Source of the DNA: Selaginella moellendorffii
Taxonomy: Eukaryota > Plantae > Lycopodiophyta
Assembly (NCBI RefSeq): GCF_000143415.4
Contig: NW_003314357.1
Coordinates: 393,795-457,794, forward strand
Reading direction: 5' to 3'
Length of the DNA: 64,000 nucleotides
Below are positions 24,960 to 39,400 of this stretch, piece after piece; within the stretch, counting starts at the first letter, position 1; every line of letters starts with the position of its first letter. Position numbers and translations under genes: made by a program. Below the pieces are notes generated by a model, which saw only the letters and a list, made by a program, of their open reading frames with translations, was not told where the DNA came from and did not search any database.

Positions 24960-27900
24960 AATGGCATGACAAGGAACTCATAAGATCCATACCGAGTCTT
25001 AAAGGCTGTCTTCTCCACATCCTGATCTGCCACCCGTATCTGATGATACCCGGACCGCAAATTAAGTTGTGTAAAATACTTAGCCTTTAAGAGTTGGTCA
25101 AACAAGTCATCAATGCGAGGCAAAGGATAACTTTTTTTGACCGTGATCTTGTTAAGTGCCCGATAGTTGATACACATCCTCATGGTTCCATCCTTTTTCA
25201 TAACAAAAAGGACTAGCGCTCCATAAGATGACTTGCTGGGTTGGATATGACCTTTGTCAAGAAGCTCTGTGAGTTGCTTCTTGAGTTCAGCCATCTCTTT
25301 GATGTTCAATCGATACGGAGCTTTTATAGGTGGTTTAGAACCCGAAATAACCTCAATCCGATGGTCAACCTCACAGCTAGGAGGTAGCCCTGGTGGCAAA
25401 TCCTTCGGGAAGATATCCTGATTCCTCACCAACAACTCCAATATTTTCCTTGGTACAGGATCAACTCTGTCACCGATTCAAACTGAGTCACCAACACCCT
25501 CAGCTTCCATAAGGATTGGGATGCTAAGTTCCTGACTAGGAGGGTCACTCAAAAAGTAGCTAAGAGGGGATGTCGGACCTTTTGGGTTCAAGTGTGATGA
25601 GCGCTTTTGCAACTGAAAGGACACATTAGGACATCCTTTTGACTTCAATGTGATATGACTTTGTCCAACACCATAAATCCCTTTTATATATTTATTGAAG
25701 AAGTCCATACCAAACACCATATGAAAATCTAGTATCTTCAACACTACTACGTCCACTCTTTCTTTCCACTTGGATATTTTTATTGGAACATCACTCACAA
25801 ACTTTCTGGCTACATGTCCACCTTCCGCAAACCAGAAGTGCATAGGCGACATTTGCTCAGCATTCAATCCTAACAACTTAACTAAGTCTTCAGATATCAC
25901 GCTATGTGTAGCTCCTGTGTCAATCATCACTCAGATTCGGTGTCCACGGACAAAGCCTACCAGATACATCAACGGATTAGTGTTTGCATTGACTGCGAGA
26001 AAAGCTTGAGGAAAGCAACGAAAGTAACTCACTTCCTCTTCCTCATAGTCTACATTGACCAACTCGTCACCACCACCGTCTTCCCTCATGACATTAACAC
26101 GAGACCTTGTCTTATGCTTGTTGGGACATTCTAAGGACCTATGTCCTAACTCTCCACAATGGAAGCAATGACCCACACTACCCGTTCCGCTAGGAGCAAG
26201 TTTTGCAAGTTATTCCTGCTTGTACCCACCAGGAGGAGGAATAGAGGGCCTAGGACTAGAAGAAGCTGCTGGTGGTCTCCAACCACCACCAGCTTTATTA
26301 ACTGTAGCTTGTGAGCCTCTAGGGTGGTACCTACATTCCACCCTTTGTTTCCGATCACCTTGTTTATTCCCAGAATTCCTATTCTAATCTGAGTTACCAG
26401 CATACGGTTGCTGATATTGTTCCATGAGCAAGTGACTAAAGGCAACTTGCTGTGCTGCCTCCTTACACTCCAGGTACGTCTTTGGCTTAAATTTCAAAAT
26501 CTTATTGCGAGAAAATGAACTTAAACCCTCCAGAAAATAACTCCGAGCATCTTCATCACTCATATTTGCAATCATAATGCGCTTCTGAGCAAACGCATTA
26601 ACGTAATGCATAAGGTCCCCTCACTGCTTTAACCGTTGCAACTCCGCGTGAAGTCTCAGACCAAGATCATCCAGCAAGTATTCCTTACGAATACGAGACT
26701 GCATCTTGGTCCAACTTCTAGTTTGTCCTTTTTCAGCACACACCTGGTGCCACCAAGTTTTGGCATGAACAGTGAGAAAGGATTGTGCGCACGCAACTTT
26801 CATACGATCATCTACGTCTGCTGCTATGAAATAATTTTCCTTATCATAGACCCAGTCTTCCAAAACCTGATAGTCCCGCATGCCTCTGAAATTAGGTGGT
26901 TTCGGAGGCTTGAACTTTGAAACTCGTGCAACCGGGGGTGGCTGTAGAACTTCATCATCCTCAGAACTTGAAGAGGAGTCTAGTTGCTTAGGTTTAGCTG
27001 GTTTAGCTACTTCAGCTTCTTTCTTCCTCTTCATGTTCTCCTTCTTCAATTTGCGAACTTCCTTTCGCAAATTCTCGATCTCGATTTCTTGAGCCGTACA
27101 CTGTAGTGCCACAGCATCTAGCTCTTCCTATTTTGACTCAGCCCTTGCCTCTTCAGCAGCATCTCTAGTAGGAGTTTCCTCTTCTCGATTCACCCGTCTA
27201 GAGGTTTCAGTGTCATCAGCATGGTTGCTTTTCACCATCCCGCTAGCTGCATGCATGCCTCTATCAGTAATTGAACATGCATACAACGTTCTTACCGAAT
27301 GGTGCAATCCAACTAATCCTACACAGGTCACTTCGGATCTACTAGAAAAGTCTCTGCGTATGCAACTTGTGTCAGAAAATCCGACAAAAGTTGGATAGGA
27401 TCACTGAGACAATTTCCTCTGATACCAAATGTAGCGCACCTGAATTTGGAGCCAAACTCCAAGCCCATTGCACTATAAAATGAGGGTCCGGTACAATCCC
27501 ACAAGCACCAGCTCCCCGTATCCAGCACCTGCACACAAAATGGTATTAGATGGAGTCTGGCACAATTTTGGCATACTGGTGGCCTAACGTGAGGAGGAGG
27601 GTACCCCACTGACTAGAGTAGTGTGGAGCTTGGGCTTAGACCCAAGCCGGACGTAGAACAAGGAGTGACACAACCCAGCGGGGGCCAAACTAATGTCTCA
27701 GGTGGTCGGACATGCATTCCAACCACTATCCCTACTATATATTTGGAACCCCCCATAGCCCCCCCCCTTGAGGAACACATGCTTTGGGCTCCCCAAGCCT
27801 CCCTTAGTACCAGGAGTTAGTCTCTAGGACAACCTCGAAACTTACTAAATATGGAATAGCGCTAGATTGCGAATTTGGACACGGGACGAACACCATTGTG

Positions 27901-28575
27901 TTCAGGCCGACCTCTACATTCTGTAAATATGCCAAATGAGCAAATCTAGACACTTTCCATAAATAGCATTGAGGACCGAAGTGAGACTAACACAAAGGGC
28001 ATGATAGCAAGGGTGTTTGGCAGACATCGTAAGCTATCATGCAGCGATATTGAGGGACTAGTCTCAATACGCGAGGGTTCTTGCCAAGCCAATGCAAGAT
28101 AAAGCAAAAGAGAACTAACAAGCCGGGCCAAGTATATTTGGCTAAATAAACATATAGGAATTCCTTCCTTATGCTCATCCGGCCAAGTACAGATGCTAAG
28201 TCCAGTTTACTAACACTTGGACAAGAGGGGTTAATAAAAGGAACTAGCAGTACCGACCTCCTGGCATTGTGGCAATAAGGAAAGAGTGCCTGTAAGGACT
28301 AGCTGACAAATATCTTTCAATACTTGAAGTATTGTGTCGCTCCTTGTTTTGCGTCCGGCTTGGGTCTAAACCCAAGCTCCACACTGCTCTAGTCAGTGGG
28401 GTACCCTCTTCCTCGCGTTAGGCCACCGGTATGCCAAAATTGTGCCAGACTCCGTCTGACACCATTTTGTGTGTAGGTGTTGGATACGGGGAGCTGGTGC
28501 TCGTGGGATTGTACCAGACCCTCATTTCGTAGTGCAACGGGCTTGGAGTTTGGCTCCAAATTCAAGTGCACTACA
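24960..28575 (-). mobile_element. Ty3/gypsy element 5' half: LTR 27430-28575, Met PBS, gag (CCHC knuckle), protease, RT start
   Basis: PBS ctctgatacca at 27417-27427; CFHCGELGHRSLEC; MIDTGATHS; [12 protein letters not shown]...[12 protein letters not shown]. Confidence 0.85.
27430..28575. repeat. LTR bounded by ~244-bp inverted repeats (27430-27673 / 28332-28575)
   Basis: tgtagcgcacctgaatttggagccaaactccaagccc... is the reverse complement of ...gggcttggagtttggctccaaattcaagtgcactaca, and the match continues across the whole arm with scattered mismatches. Confidence 0.9.
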
Positions 28576-28780
28576 TTAGTTATGCACTGGGGAAGAGTTC
28601 TCATACAAAAGGGACATCCTATTGCATATGAGAGTTGAACTTTGAATCTCGTAGAGCAACGCTATTCCATATATAAGCAAGAGTTAATCTTTATTGTTCA
28701 TGCCTTGCGGACGTAGCGGCACTATCTTTATGGTGCAGTGTTTATGGTGTTGATGGATCACAAAACACTTGCATGATAGA

Positions 28781-31700
28781 GGCCGAGATGGACCTGAGAT
28801 AGAGTCTGAGATGGACCCGAGATGGACCGAGATGGAGTCCAAGATGGAGTCTAAGATGGAGTCTGAGATGGAGTCCAAGATGGACTGAGATGGAGTCTGA
28901 GATGGAGTCTAAGATGGACTTGAGATGGAATCCAAGATGGAGTTCGAGAAGGACCCGAGATGGAGTCTGAGGTCGAGACCGAGACCAAGACCAAGACCCA
29001 AATTGGGACCGGGACCGGGACCGAGACTAAGGCCAGGGTCGAGATTGAGGCCGAGGCTGAGCCCGAGCCTAAGTCTGAGTCCGAGTCCGAGTCTGAGTCT
29101 GAGGGTGAAAGCCCAAAGCGTTCGTCTCCCAAACCCTAGGGGGTTTGGTGAGCTCCAAAAGTATAGTAGGGGGAGGACTCTAGTGGAGCTAGTTTGGCTA
29201 GGAAAGGCCAGTTTGGCTAGGAAAGGCCAGTTTGGCCTAGGAAGGCTGTACCTAGGTGTTGGGTAATGGGATAACCACTAGGAAGTCCAAGGCTAGAGTG
29301 AATATAGACCGATAAGCAGGGTAGCTTGGTGAAGTGTTCAAGAGCCGACACTAGCTCCCCCGAAAGATCAAATGGCTGATGCTCCCAGTCCAAGCGTGGG
29401 TGGCACTACCTACTTGGATACCTGGCATGGCTCAACAGAACCTCGCTCTAAGCCCATAGCTAGAGCACCCAAAGGCGGAAGGTGGGGAGAGTACCCATGA
29501 GGCTCGCATAAGGCCACAGTGTTCCGAAATGCATGTTGTCCCAAAGTCGCAGACTGTGAAAAGGAAGAGGAGCAATCCTCTAGTGCAGTGACTAAGGATA
29601 CTATCACATGGTGATAGAGGATAGTAGGACTTAGAGGTCAGGCCTGTAGGCCTTATTCCAGGGGCAGTGTTGGCAAACACGGCCATAAATAGAAAGGGAC
29701 TTGGTAGGGACTAAAAAAAGGATATTGGGGAAGGTTGTTCCCTACTTCTGCAAACATCCTAAGGATGCTAAAGAGTGGATCTGGGATGACCACTCATGGA
29801 TGGATGGGACAATCTTGGAGAGATAGGACTGTGATGTAGGTGGTATTGGAGCACTAGTGTGGCAAAGGTGATTGGGCATGGCCTTAATATAACGGGCTGA
29901 TATGTTAATGGTACCTTTGAGTGTTAGTCATGGGATCGGACACATGGAGCACTTGGATGGTTGAGTGGCATGGATGCTATTCTTGGGGCTAGCAAGTCCC
30001 TAAGTCCAGAATAGGATTTACGGAGGTTGTGAGGAGACTCCTCTAAGTGGTTGGAAGTGTGATTAAGTAATTAATGTAGAATGGAAAATTTAGTGGCTTA
30101 TAATTTGGTATTGGAGTTGTTCCTTAGTCTAACTTTTATTAGTGCTCAAGTATATCACCACTGATATTGGCATTGGAAAGTCCTAGAAATGGGCCTATCC
30201 TTGGGGAGTAGCAAGTTGGGAAGACATGGCTTTTCACTACAATTCATTTGTGAACTTGTAGGCAAGATGGTGGATAGAAAAAGTTCAATAATAGAATGAC
30301 TTTGGGATCTTGGGAACAGTATAAAGGTTTCCTCAGAGAGTTGAGGATGTGATCCAAATGAGCATTTGACTTAGCAAACTAGCTCATGTGGCTGTGGTAA
30401 ACAACTATAGTTGGGATCACGAGGAAAATAAAGACTCCAAAACAATAAAAGAGTCACAAGACTACCCTCATATAGCTGAGGCTAGTGCTCATGAATTTGA
30501 GACCAAAATTAATGACTATAAGAGGTCAAATACGGATAAGGACATAAATTCTTGAAATGGTAGCGGGGCCTACCTTTTATAAATGCTAGAACTAACCCAA
30601 GGAGTTAGGGGTGTGTTTAGAGGATGAGTTAGTATTCTCATCATATAGACGAATAGTCTTAAGGGGCAAGGTAGCCCATAAAGAATGGAAAATAATCAAG
30701 TGTTGGAATAACATTTGTAAAGATGGTCCTTATGAGTAGGATATGAATACAATAAGTTGTATTCCAGCAAATTGACACCTCAAAAGTAGGACTTTATAGG
30801 TCATTGGGTTAGCAAAGTCCAAAAAGCTGGATGACTCAAGTAGAGTCAAAGAATAGTCCTAAGAGACTGGTAGAAGCATTTGGACTGAGGTGTATTATGC
30901 CCCACAAAGGATGGGGAGGATCATAAGATCCAAGTATGAGAACAGTGGGCATCTCATTGATGGTAGAAGGTGCCATACTCAAGTCATGGGAAAGGTGTTC
31001 CTAGAAGAAAACAACTTTGACACAAAGTTGTGTATGAACTCTATAGTACGTGCTAATGTATATTTGGCATGAGAAATAATGGTATTGGTCTTGGCAAAGA
31101 CTTAGACACAAGTAAGAAGTGTTATAAAGGTAGGCTTGTGAAGCCGATGGTGTGGAGACACCAAATGTGTTAATGCATAATGCCTTGAGGTCAAGTTGGT
31201 GGGTTTATGAAAACCCCTTCCCAAAGGAATCCTAATGGAAATAGGAATGGTATAACGTAAGTTAGAAGGCATGCGGTTGGAGTGTGGTGACCCAGATAAT
31301 GATGGAGATGTGGAAGCATCAGCAATAAGTTGTAGGACTTGACCACTATGAGGCAATTAAGCAAAACGTGTAAAATAATAATTGATTAAATTGGTAGAAG
31401 GTAACTACCCAAGACTTTTTATTTGAAAAAGAAAGTTAAATATACCCTTATGTGGGAGAAATTGCTTATGTTACGATATAGTACGTCAATGTCGTAAAGA
31501 GAATACTTATTGTCAAAGAAAGCTATCATTAGGATACCCAAACACTCTAAAATACCAAAAAATGGTGTTTGGTGTCATGAGGGCATTAGATAAAGCCCAA
31601 AGGATTAAGTCCCTAGCGAATGATGGATAGAAAGTGCTATCTAAATGTCCAAAGTTGCGGAAATAAAAGAAATCCATATATCCAAATTGAACAAAGATAA

Positions 31701-34700
31701 AAAGGGATTTTAGCAAGGCTAGTGATAGGCACATAAATGCCCATATATAGCAATGTTAATTCCGGGGTATGGGATTACAAGGTGAGTATACCCAAATTAA
31801 AGAACCACTCCCTAGGTTATTCGGTAGGTTCATCCCTAAGAATATTTGCTAAGGCATAGTAAAAAGTGCAAAGCTATCCTCCTAATTTGGAGGAGAACGA
31901 TTGAAAGAAACATGTGATGCCAAAAAGTAAGTAGTAAAAGGATAAAACCGAACTATAGGAATCGAAAGGCATAACAAAGGGTGGTTATGCGAGTTGGGAG
32001 TGGAGAATCAAATGGGTACTTGCACGTGTTGTTAGCAACCGTGATGCCATGGAGAATCTAAAATATGGAATTATCCATGTTAGACCATATGGCAATTAGA
32101 AAGCTTGCAAAAGAAGAAGCTTTGGCAAGCTAAAGGACAGAGTTCCTTCAAGGTTCCTAAAGATAATTCTGAGTAGCTTAGTACCTAGAAAGGCAAGTGT
32201 AAATGGTTCATAGAGCGTGCGAAATCAGAGTGGCACATCATAAGCGTGGTCTTGAAGCTTGCCATATGGTAAAGCTATCAAAGTTGGGGAAGTAGTTCTT
32301 GAGTGTTTAAGGGGATAGCTTTGAATAGGAGTCGATCGTCAAGGATTCTCACGCTTATGTATGAACCATGTTATGGTAGTTGGATAACTTGCTAAGTGAG
32401 ATTGGCAAGTCGGGGGAACAAATACCCTAATTAAAGGTGCTAACTTCAAAAGGGGTGGCCCATGGGGCTAAGCATGTAAAAGTCCATGCATGATCACAGA
32501 CTTGTCAAGTGAGAGGACTTGGCAATGTGAAGGAACTAGATTCCTAAGCTGTGATCTGTAGCGCTGTAGCGCACTTTAAATATAAATTGGTGGACCGGTG
32601 TAGGGAATCACGCCAGGCATCTTAGGTAATGCTATTTGTAGATGCATATACGGAGGTTAGGTTTGAGTCCCAACCTTCTAGTGTTTGGGTTCGAATCCCA
32701 AATCACTAGGGCATGGTGATAGTTTGGAATATGAGGACACTCATATTTCGGTGGTCATGGACTCTCAATGAGGAGACTGGCTTGGGCACACTGCCAAGCG
32801 GGGGATGCCTTGGAGTCGTGATGCACGGTTAAATTGCTTAGTGTAAAATCTTGGCATATCTAACTTGAACACTTTGGTGCAAAGAGCACCAAGGACGTGG
32901 TAAATGAGATGGGGACACCCAATCTCAGTTGTTATGGATCTTTGGTTGGAAGGGCTAGCTTGGGCACACTACCAAGTGTAGGGGATGCCCCCAGGGTCAT
33001 AGTTAACAAGTTAAAGGTCTAGAAAACCTAGTATCTATTAGCAAATCTGTTAAAGGACAAAGGTTAAATCACTAGGTGATCTTATGGCTAAATAAAGACG
33101 AGGTCCTTGTGAGGTTAAGGAATAAAGTTTCTAGTTCAAAGGGTTGAATTGAACTATTGATGATGGTGTGGCTTGGTTAAGGTGATCAAATAGAAAGGAC
33201 ACCTAAAGGGAAATTAATTGTGCCAATTAGTTAGTGAGTCCAAGAAAGTAGACTTTAGGAAAAACCTATGGGAGGGTTGCAAAGTTGGGCTGTCGATAGA
33301 GCCCGTAGTAGAAAATGCTAAAGAGACCTACTAGGGGTGAGCACTCTCTAGATTTGGTAAAATAAAGCCTTTGCCATGGAACTAAAAGGATACCTTGAGA
33401 ATGGAAGTAATGATCCTATGTTGCTTGGTGCAACAATCAAAGGATAAAAGCAAAAGACTAGTGGCCAAGTGTGGGCCATAGAATTCACTAGAAGGAATCC
33501 AAATGGCAAAGTTAAGCATGGAACACTAAGCAATATTAAATGCTAACGGATTGTGAGAAAGGAAGTGTGTTTCTAAGGATGGATTCCCAAATGCTCCAAT
33601 TTGGCAAATGTGAAAGCTCCAAGGGAGGGAGCGGCAAAGTAACCAAATGATAGGGCTGTGGACAGCCCTAGCACAACTTATGAAACTTGGAGTGAAAGGT
33701 GGCATGAAATAGAAAAGAGGATGATGGTGCCTTTAAGTAGAGAACTTCCTAGGATGGGGAAGTGAAATTTGCACTATATGTACAATGGAAGGTGTCAAAA
33801 ACACCTAGAAAATCAACTTCGAGAAGTCAAAATTAAAAGTTCTAAAGTGGAATGGTTATCGATCGAAGTTGAGACTACTCAAGAATGAGTAGTGGAATTG
33901 AGATAAAGAAGGTATCTCTAATGGGTTTAGCAAGAACTAAATCAATAAAAGGGAGAGAACCACCCCCGGTGGTCGAATGGGTCTTTATATTAAAGAGACT
34001 ATGCTCCTTAGAAGATGGACAAGGCATAATGAGCCTTCAATGTCAAACCATTGATGAATATTGGCTGGGTGCTAAGGATGGAAAAGGTAATATATATTGG
34101 TGTTACTTTATAAAAGGTTTTACCATTCAATGAGGACATCGAACTTTGTCTATGGGTGGTGGAGTTGTGAGACATAAAAATCCCTAGGCTCCAAAGAGGA
34201 GCCGTAAGGGTGCCACGTGGTTATGGCCAAAGCAAAAGCCAAATGAGTGTAACACATTTGGACTAAAAGCTCCGACTTGAAGAGTCGAGAGCGGGAGTGG
34301 AACTCTCGACGGAGTGCTCAAGGAATGAGCATGAAGCAAGCAATAAAAGAGTCTCTAGAAAAAGGGCATAAGAGGACCAACACATGATACGTGGTGGAGT
34401 CCAAGATGGACCCGAGATGGAGTTTGAGATGGACCTGAGATAGAGTCTGAGATGAAGCGAGATGGAATCCGAGATGGAGTTCGAGATGGAGTCTAAGATG
34501 GACCTGAGATGGAGTCTAAGATGGACCGAGATGGAATCCGAGATGGAGTCTGAGATGGAATCTAAGATGGACCCAAGATGGAGTCCAAGATAGACCGAGA
34601 TGGAGTCCGAGATGGACCCGAGATGGATCTGAGATGGAGTCTGAGATGGACCCAAGTGTAAGCAACCAAAGGGAATGACTCAAGAGACGGTCCATGGGGT

Positions 34701-36430
34701 TCAAATATAGAGGGAAAGGGCCTAGAATAACAGTGAACCCCCATTTTCAATCAGTTAAGGGTCTTGGGATACTTGGAGTTAAGCGTCCTTGGGTTTGAAT
34801 AGTATTGGGCTGGGTGACTTCCTGGGAAGTCTAAACTCAGGAGCTTACATTTGGTATCAGAGCGGTCTCGGGTCCGACTCTGTTAGTTGGCTATGGGAAT
34901 CACACCACATGTTGATTGAGATCTGGCTGGTCTAATTTGCTCCTGCTGGGCTCAACCCAAGGGGTAGGGTGTCAAGAGAGTGGGGCTCTCGGGAGAGCAG
35001 CTTCTGTTCACGAGGGCGTGAACTTGCAGGGAAGCATGGTGGATTGTAAGCAACCAAAGGGAACGATTCAAGAGACGGTCCATGGGGTTCAAATATAGAG
35101 GGAAAGGGCCCATGAATAAAAGTGCACCCCTTTTTTCAATCGGTTAAGGGTTTTGGGATACTTGGGGTTAAGTGTCCTTGGATTTGAATAGTACTGGGCT
35201 GGGTGACCTCCTGGGAAGTCCAAACTCAGGAGCTTACACTGAAATGGAGTCCGAGATGGTCCTGAGATGGAGTCCGAGAAGGACCCGAGATGAGTTCGAG
35301 GTCGAGACCAAGCCTGTGTCTGAGTCCAAGCTCGAGTCCAAGTCCAAGTCCGAGCCTGAGGGTCAAACCCTAGGGGGTTTGATGAGCTCCAAAAGTATAG
35401 TAAGGGGGAGGACTCCAGTGGAGCTAGTTTGGCTATAGGAAAGTCTAGTTTGGCCCAAGAAGGCTGTACCCAGGTGTTCGGTGATGGGATAACCATTGGG
35501 AAGTCCAAGGCTACTGTATCCAGGTGTTCGGTGATGGGATAACCATTGGGAAGTCCAAGGCTAGAGTGAATATAGACCGACAAGTAGGGTAGTTTGGTGA
35601 AGAGTTCAAGAGTCGGCTCTAGTTCCCCCGAAAGATCAAATGGACGATGCTCCTAGTCAAAACATGGGTGGCACTACCTACTTGGATACCTGGCATGGCT
35701 CAACGGAACCTTGATCTAATCCCATGGCTAGAGCACCCAAAGGCGAAAGGTGGGGAGAGTACCCATGAGGCTCGTGTAAGGCTATGGTGTTCCGAAATAT
35801 TGTCCTAAAGTCCCAGACTATGAAAAGGAAGAGGAGCAGTCCTCTAGTGCAGTGACTAAGGATACGGTCACATGGTGAGGAAGCCTTAAAGTGCAGTGAC
35901 TAAGGATACAGTCACATGGTGAGGAAGCCTTAGAGGACAGTAGGACTTAGAGGTCAGGCTTGCGAGCCTTGTTTCAGTGGTAGTGTTGGCAAACACGGCC
36001 ATAGATAGAAAGAGACTTAATGGGGACTGAAAAAGGGATATTGGGGAAGGTTATTCCCCACATCTGTAGACATCCTAAGGATGCTAAGGAGTGGATTTGG
36101 GATAACCACTCATGGACGGATGGCTTATTCTTGGAGAGACAAGACTGTGATGCAGGTGGTATTGGACCATCAGTGTGGCAAAGATGATTGGGCATGGCCT
36201 TAGCATAATGGGCTAATATGTCGATGATACCTTTAAGTGTTGGTCATAGGATTGGACACATGGAGCACTTGGACCAAGTGCAATGGTTGAGTGGCATGGA
36301 TGTTATTCTTGGGGCTAGCAAGTCCCTAAGTCCAAAATAGGATTTACAAAAAGTTGTGAGTGAGACTCTTCCAAGTGGTCAAAGGTGTGGTTAAGTGACT
36401 AAAGTAAAATGGAAAATTTAGCCACTTACA
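28781..36430 (+). mobile_element. Heavily decayed LTR retrotransposon with microsatellite-bearing LTRs
   Basis: 5' LTR remnant 28781-30102 followed by a degenerate PBS (tggtattggag). PPT gggtggtggagt precedes the 3' LTR 34166-36430 (TGTGAGAC...CTTACA). The internal region has no intact ORF. Confidence 0.7.
34657..35238 (+). mobile_element. Cassandra-type TRIM (LTRs carry a 5S rRNA-derived segment)
   Basis: LTRs 34657-34849 and 35045-35238 (TGTAAGC...CTTACA). PBS tggtatcagagc. 5S-like gttaagcgtccttggg...atagtattgggctgggtgacttcctgggaagtc. Confidence 0.9.
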
Positions 36431-39400
36431 CGATCCCACTATCTAGTAAAATTTGCATTGGACCGCTATAGAACACGCCCTCCAGCATTAAAGCTGATTC
36501 ATGAGTATCCTTGAGCTCCATCTTTTTCCACATACAGTTGAGTTGATGAGCAATGATCAAAAGCTTTATCCTCCGATCGAAATGGTCGTCCCCATCATCC
36601 TCACGCTGCAAAGTTTGCAACTTTTTAATATCTAACTTACCGTTGTTAGGGCGTGGCCATGGAGAGAGAGAGAGAGAGAGAGAGGGAATATTTTGGTCCT
36701 CAAAATATTCCCTATCTTCCTTGTATAAAACCCTTGTCCTACAAAGGTAAGGGGGGCATTTTGTGGAGAGCATTCAAGCATTTCTTGTGTTTGAGCGAGC
36801 ATTGGGGGAGGTGCCCCTCCTTCCCCCAACAAATGGTGAACCCGGCATGAATGCACAGCATTTTCTGAGGCATCATTTCTCTCTTTTTCTTTTGGCCACA
36901 GACTTTGGGAACCAATTTCTTGTTCGTCTTGTGGTGGTTTTGTTTGATCTTGGGCGTGTTGGATAGGTCTAGAGCTCCTCTTTCCAGCAAGGTATGGCAC
37001 TCATCAAGCCGTGCTGTATTTAAAGAGATACAATGTTTCTTGGCTCGGTTTGAGGAACAATTTGGGGTTTCCACTTTCTCGCCTAGATCCTTGGACCAAT
37101 TTCTCAAAGGAGTGCATTTGGGCTTGTAGATCTGGCCTAGATATATGAGTAGTGGTGATTCTTGGTGTTAGATTTGGCCAAATTGGTGGCATGCAAAAGG
37201 ATTTTTCTTCTCCAGCTAAATTGGGTCATCTTTGTAATAAGAATTTGTGCTCCTCCGGGCTTTTTTTTGGATGTCGTTTGTTTCTAGAGGTGCTCCTAGC
37301 CTAGGCTTTCCAAAAATACCAACGGCGCTTTAGTATCGATCTACATTAGTGACATGCACATGTTTTTCCACAATATTAGGATTCTAGGCTACCTCTTCTT
37401 GGGCTTCTTCCCAAATTCCTGCAATAAAGGGTAGATAGGGTTGAGCCCTTTCCAACGAGCTCACCAACAGTCCAAATGGGGAAGGATTGAGACCAAAGGA
37501 CTCATTTTTCTCTTTTGGGCTAAACTTTGTTAAGGGTTCCTTGGGAACGAAGCAATCTTCAAGGAATAGGTAGGTGTAGGAACAGGAACAAGAGTTGGCA
37601 TAGGAATAGGGATAGTAGGAGCAAGCGCAGGAGTAGGAGTGAGAGCAGGGGGTTACCAGTTATAGGTTATAGGTCCCCAGTTACCGATTACTAGTTACCG
37701 GTTACCAGCTACTCCAACGGCTACGCCAGCAACTACTTTGGCAATTACCCTACGGGTCAACGATTATATGTGGTCGAGGCCAATCTCCTTCCATTTTCAC
37801 CCTTATTTCTCTTCATCACAGCCATTTTAGGCAACTTTGAGCAACTTGAGCACTAGCCTATAGTCTTCTTGCTCCTGTCAACCTAGTTGCCTTGACTAGG
37901 CATTTGCAATGTTTAGGGTATTCAATACTAGTACAAACTAGACATGCAACAAATTGGCACCCTTTTACCATACCTCAAGGCCCTAGATATGGAGTAAACT
38001 TTCTAACATCCAAAGGCAACTTAGGTATGACACAACACCTTCTCAGGTCGAGTCTTCTTCATCCTCGGCAGATTCCAGTGACGTAGATCTATGAGCTATG
38101 GCGCAGCCACCTTTAGCTCGACCTCAGCTCCATGTTCTGCAAAGGGGGAGTGATCTGCCGACCTTCTCAGGTGTTGGAACAGTCTCTCCAACATCTCATA
38201 TCAGTCACTTTGATTACTACTTCACCACAAACATGATCGTCAACGATGATTGTATGTGCCGCAACTTCTTGCAGCCTCTCGAAGGCAAAGCAGCAATTTG
38301 TGTAGATTCTCTCCTCCCAGAGGACCAGATAGACTTCCAGACACTACTTGCTTCTTTCAAAGAATGTTTCATTGAAGAAAAACCCACAAATCAGCTACTT
38401 GTCGACCTCTTTTCGTTCTGGCAGGGTGCTCACGAGTCTGTTCCCAACTACATCACCCGGTTTCGAGCATACTGGAAGTAGTGTTGGGATCACAGGGTGG
38501 TCCAAGATGAGCAACAGGGGATCACAGCATTCACGGTAGGTCTGTGTGTTAACTTGCAGCAGAAACTTCTTAAGAAGACATTCAAGTCTTGCCACGAGGC
38601 ATTTTCATTTGCCACGAAGCTGGAAAGAGAGCTTCTTGTCGACCTGGGGATTGCTAGAGTTGATTTTGACTAAGCCATCACCCTGTCAGAGTCATCTTGG
38701 GCAGCTGTTTGCCTGTCCACACCAAAGCCCATCACTATTGCGCATACACCTCCGGCTATTGAGAACTTTGCCAACGAGATGCGGCAGCTGAAGGAGATCA
38801 TTCTTCAGCAACAATCATACCATGACAAACTGCTCTAGGAGCTAGTGGAGTCCAAGAAAGAGGCTGCTACAGCTCGGGAACATAGATTTAAGTCCCATTG
38901 GTGCACTCACAGCGAGATGAACACACACAACATGCAACGCTGCTTCAAGGTTCACCCAGAGCTTCGGCCTCCATCTTCTTAACATATCCAACAACATCCC
39001 TTCGTTGATAATTCCACATCGTCTCGGAGTCCAGAGACATATCAGGAGTAGTTGGAGGGACAAGCAATTGAGGCAGCCCCTTCATCAAGCAAAGGCAAGC
39101 CACCAGCCTCATCAGTCAACACGATTTTGGTAGCCAAGGAACTCTATAGGCAACAACAGCAAACCATAGCCACTCGAGCCCAAGCAAAAGAGAAGGCAAC
39201 TGCTTAGCCTACCATAGATCCCCCAGCATCGGTTGAGAGTGAATCTCTGTTGACACCAGATCTAGTGACACAGAAGGTGGCTTGTAAGCTTCTCTTCAAA
39301 TCATTACTCTCTTCTCCTCCTGAAATCTCACCAACAGCTATTCCTGTTCTTCAACAGCTGGTGGACACTCCTGTCACCTTTTCACTCCAAGACATGTTGT

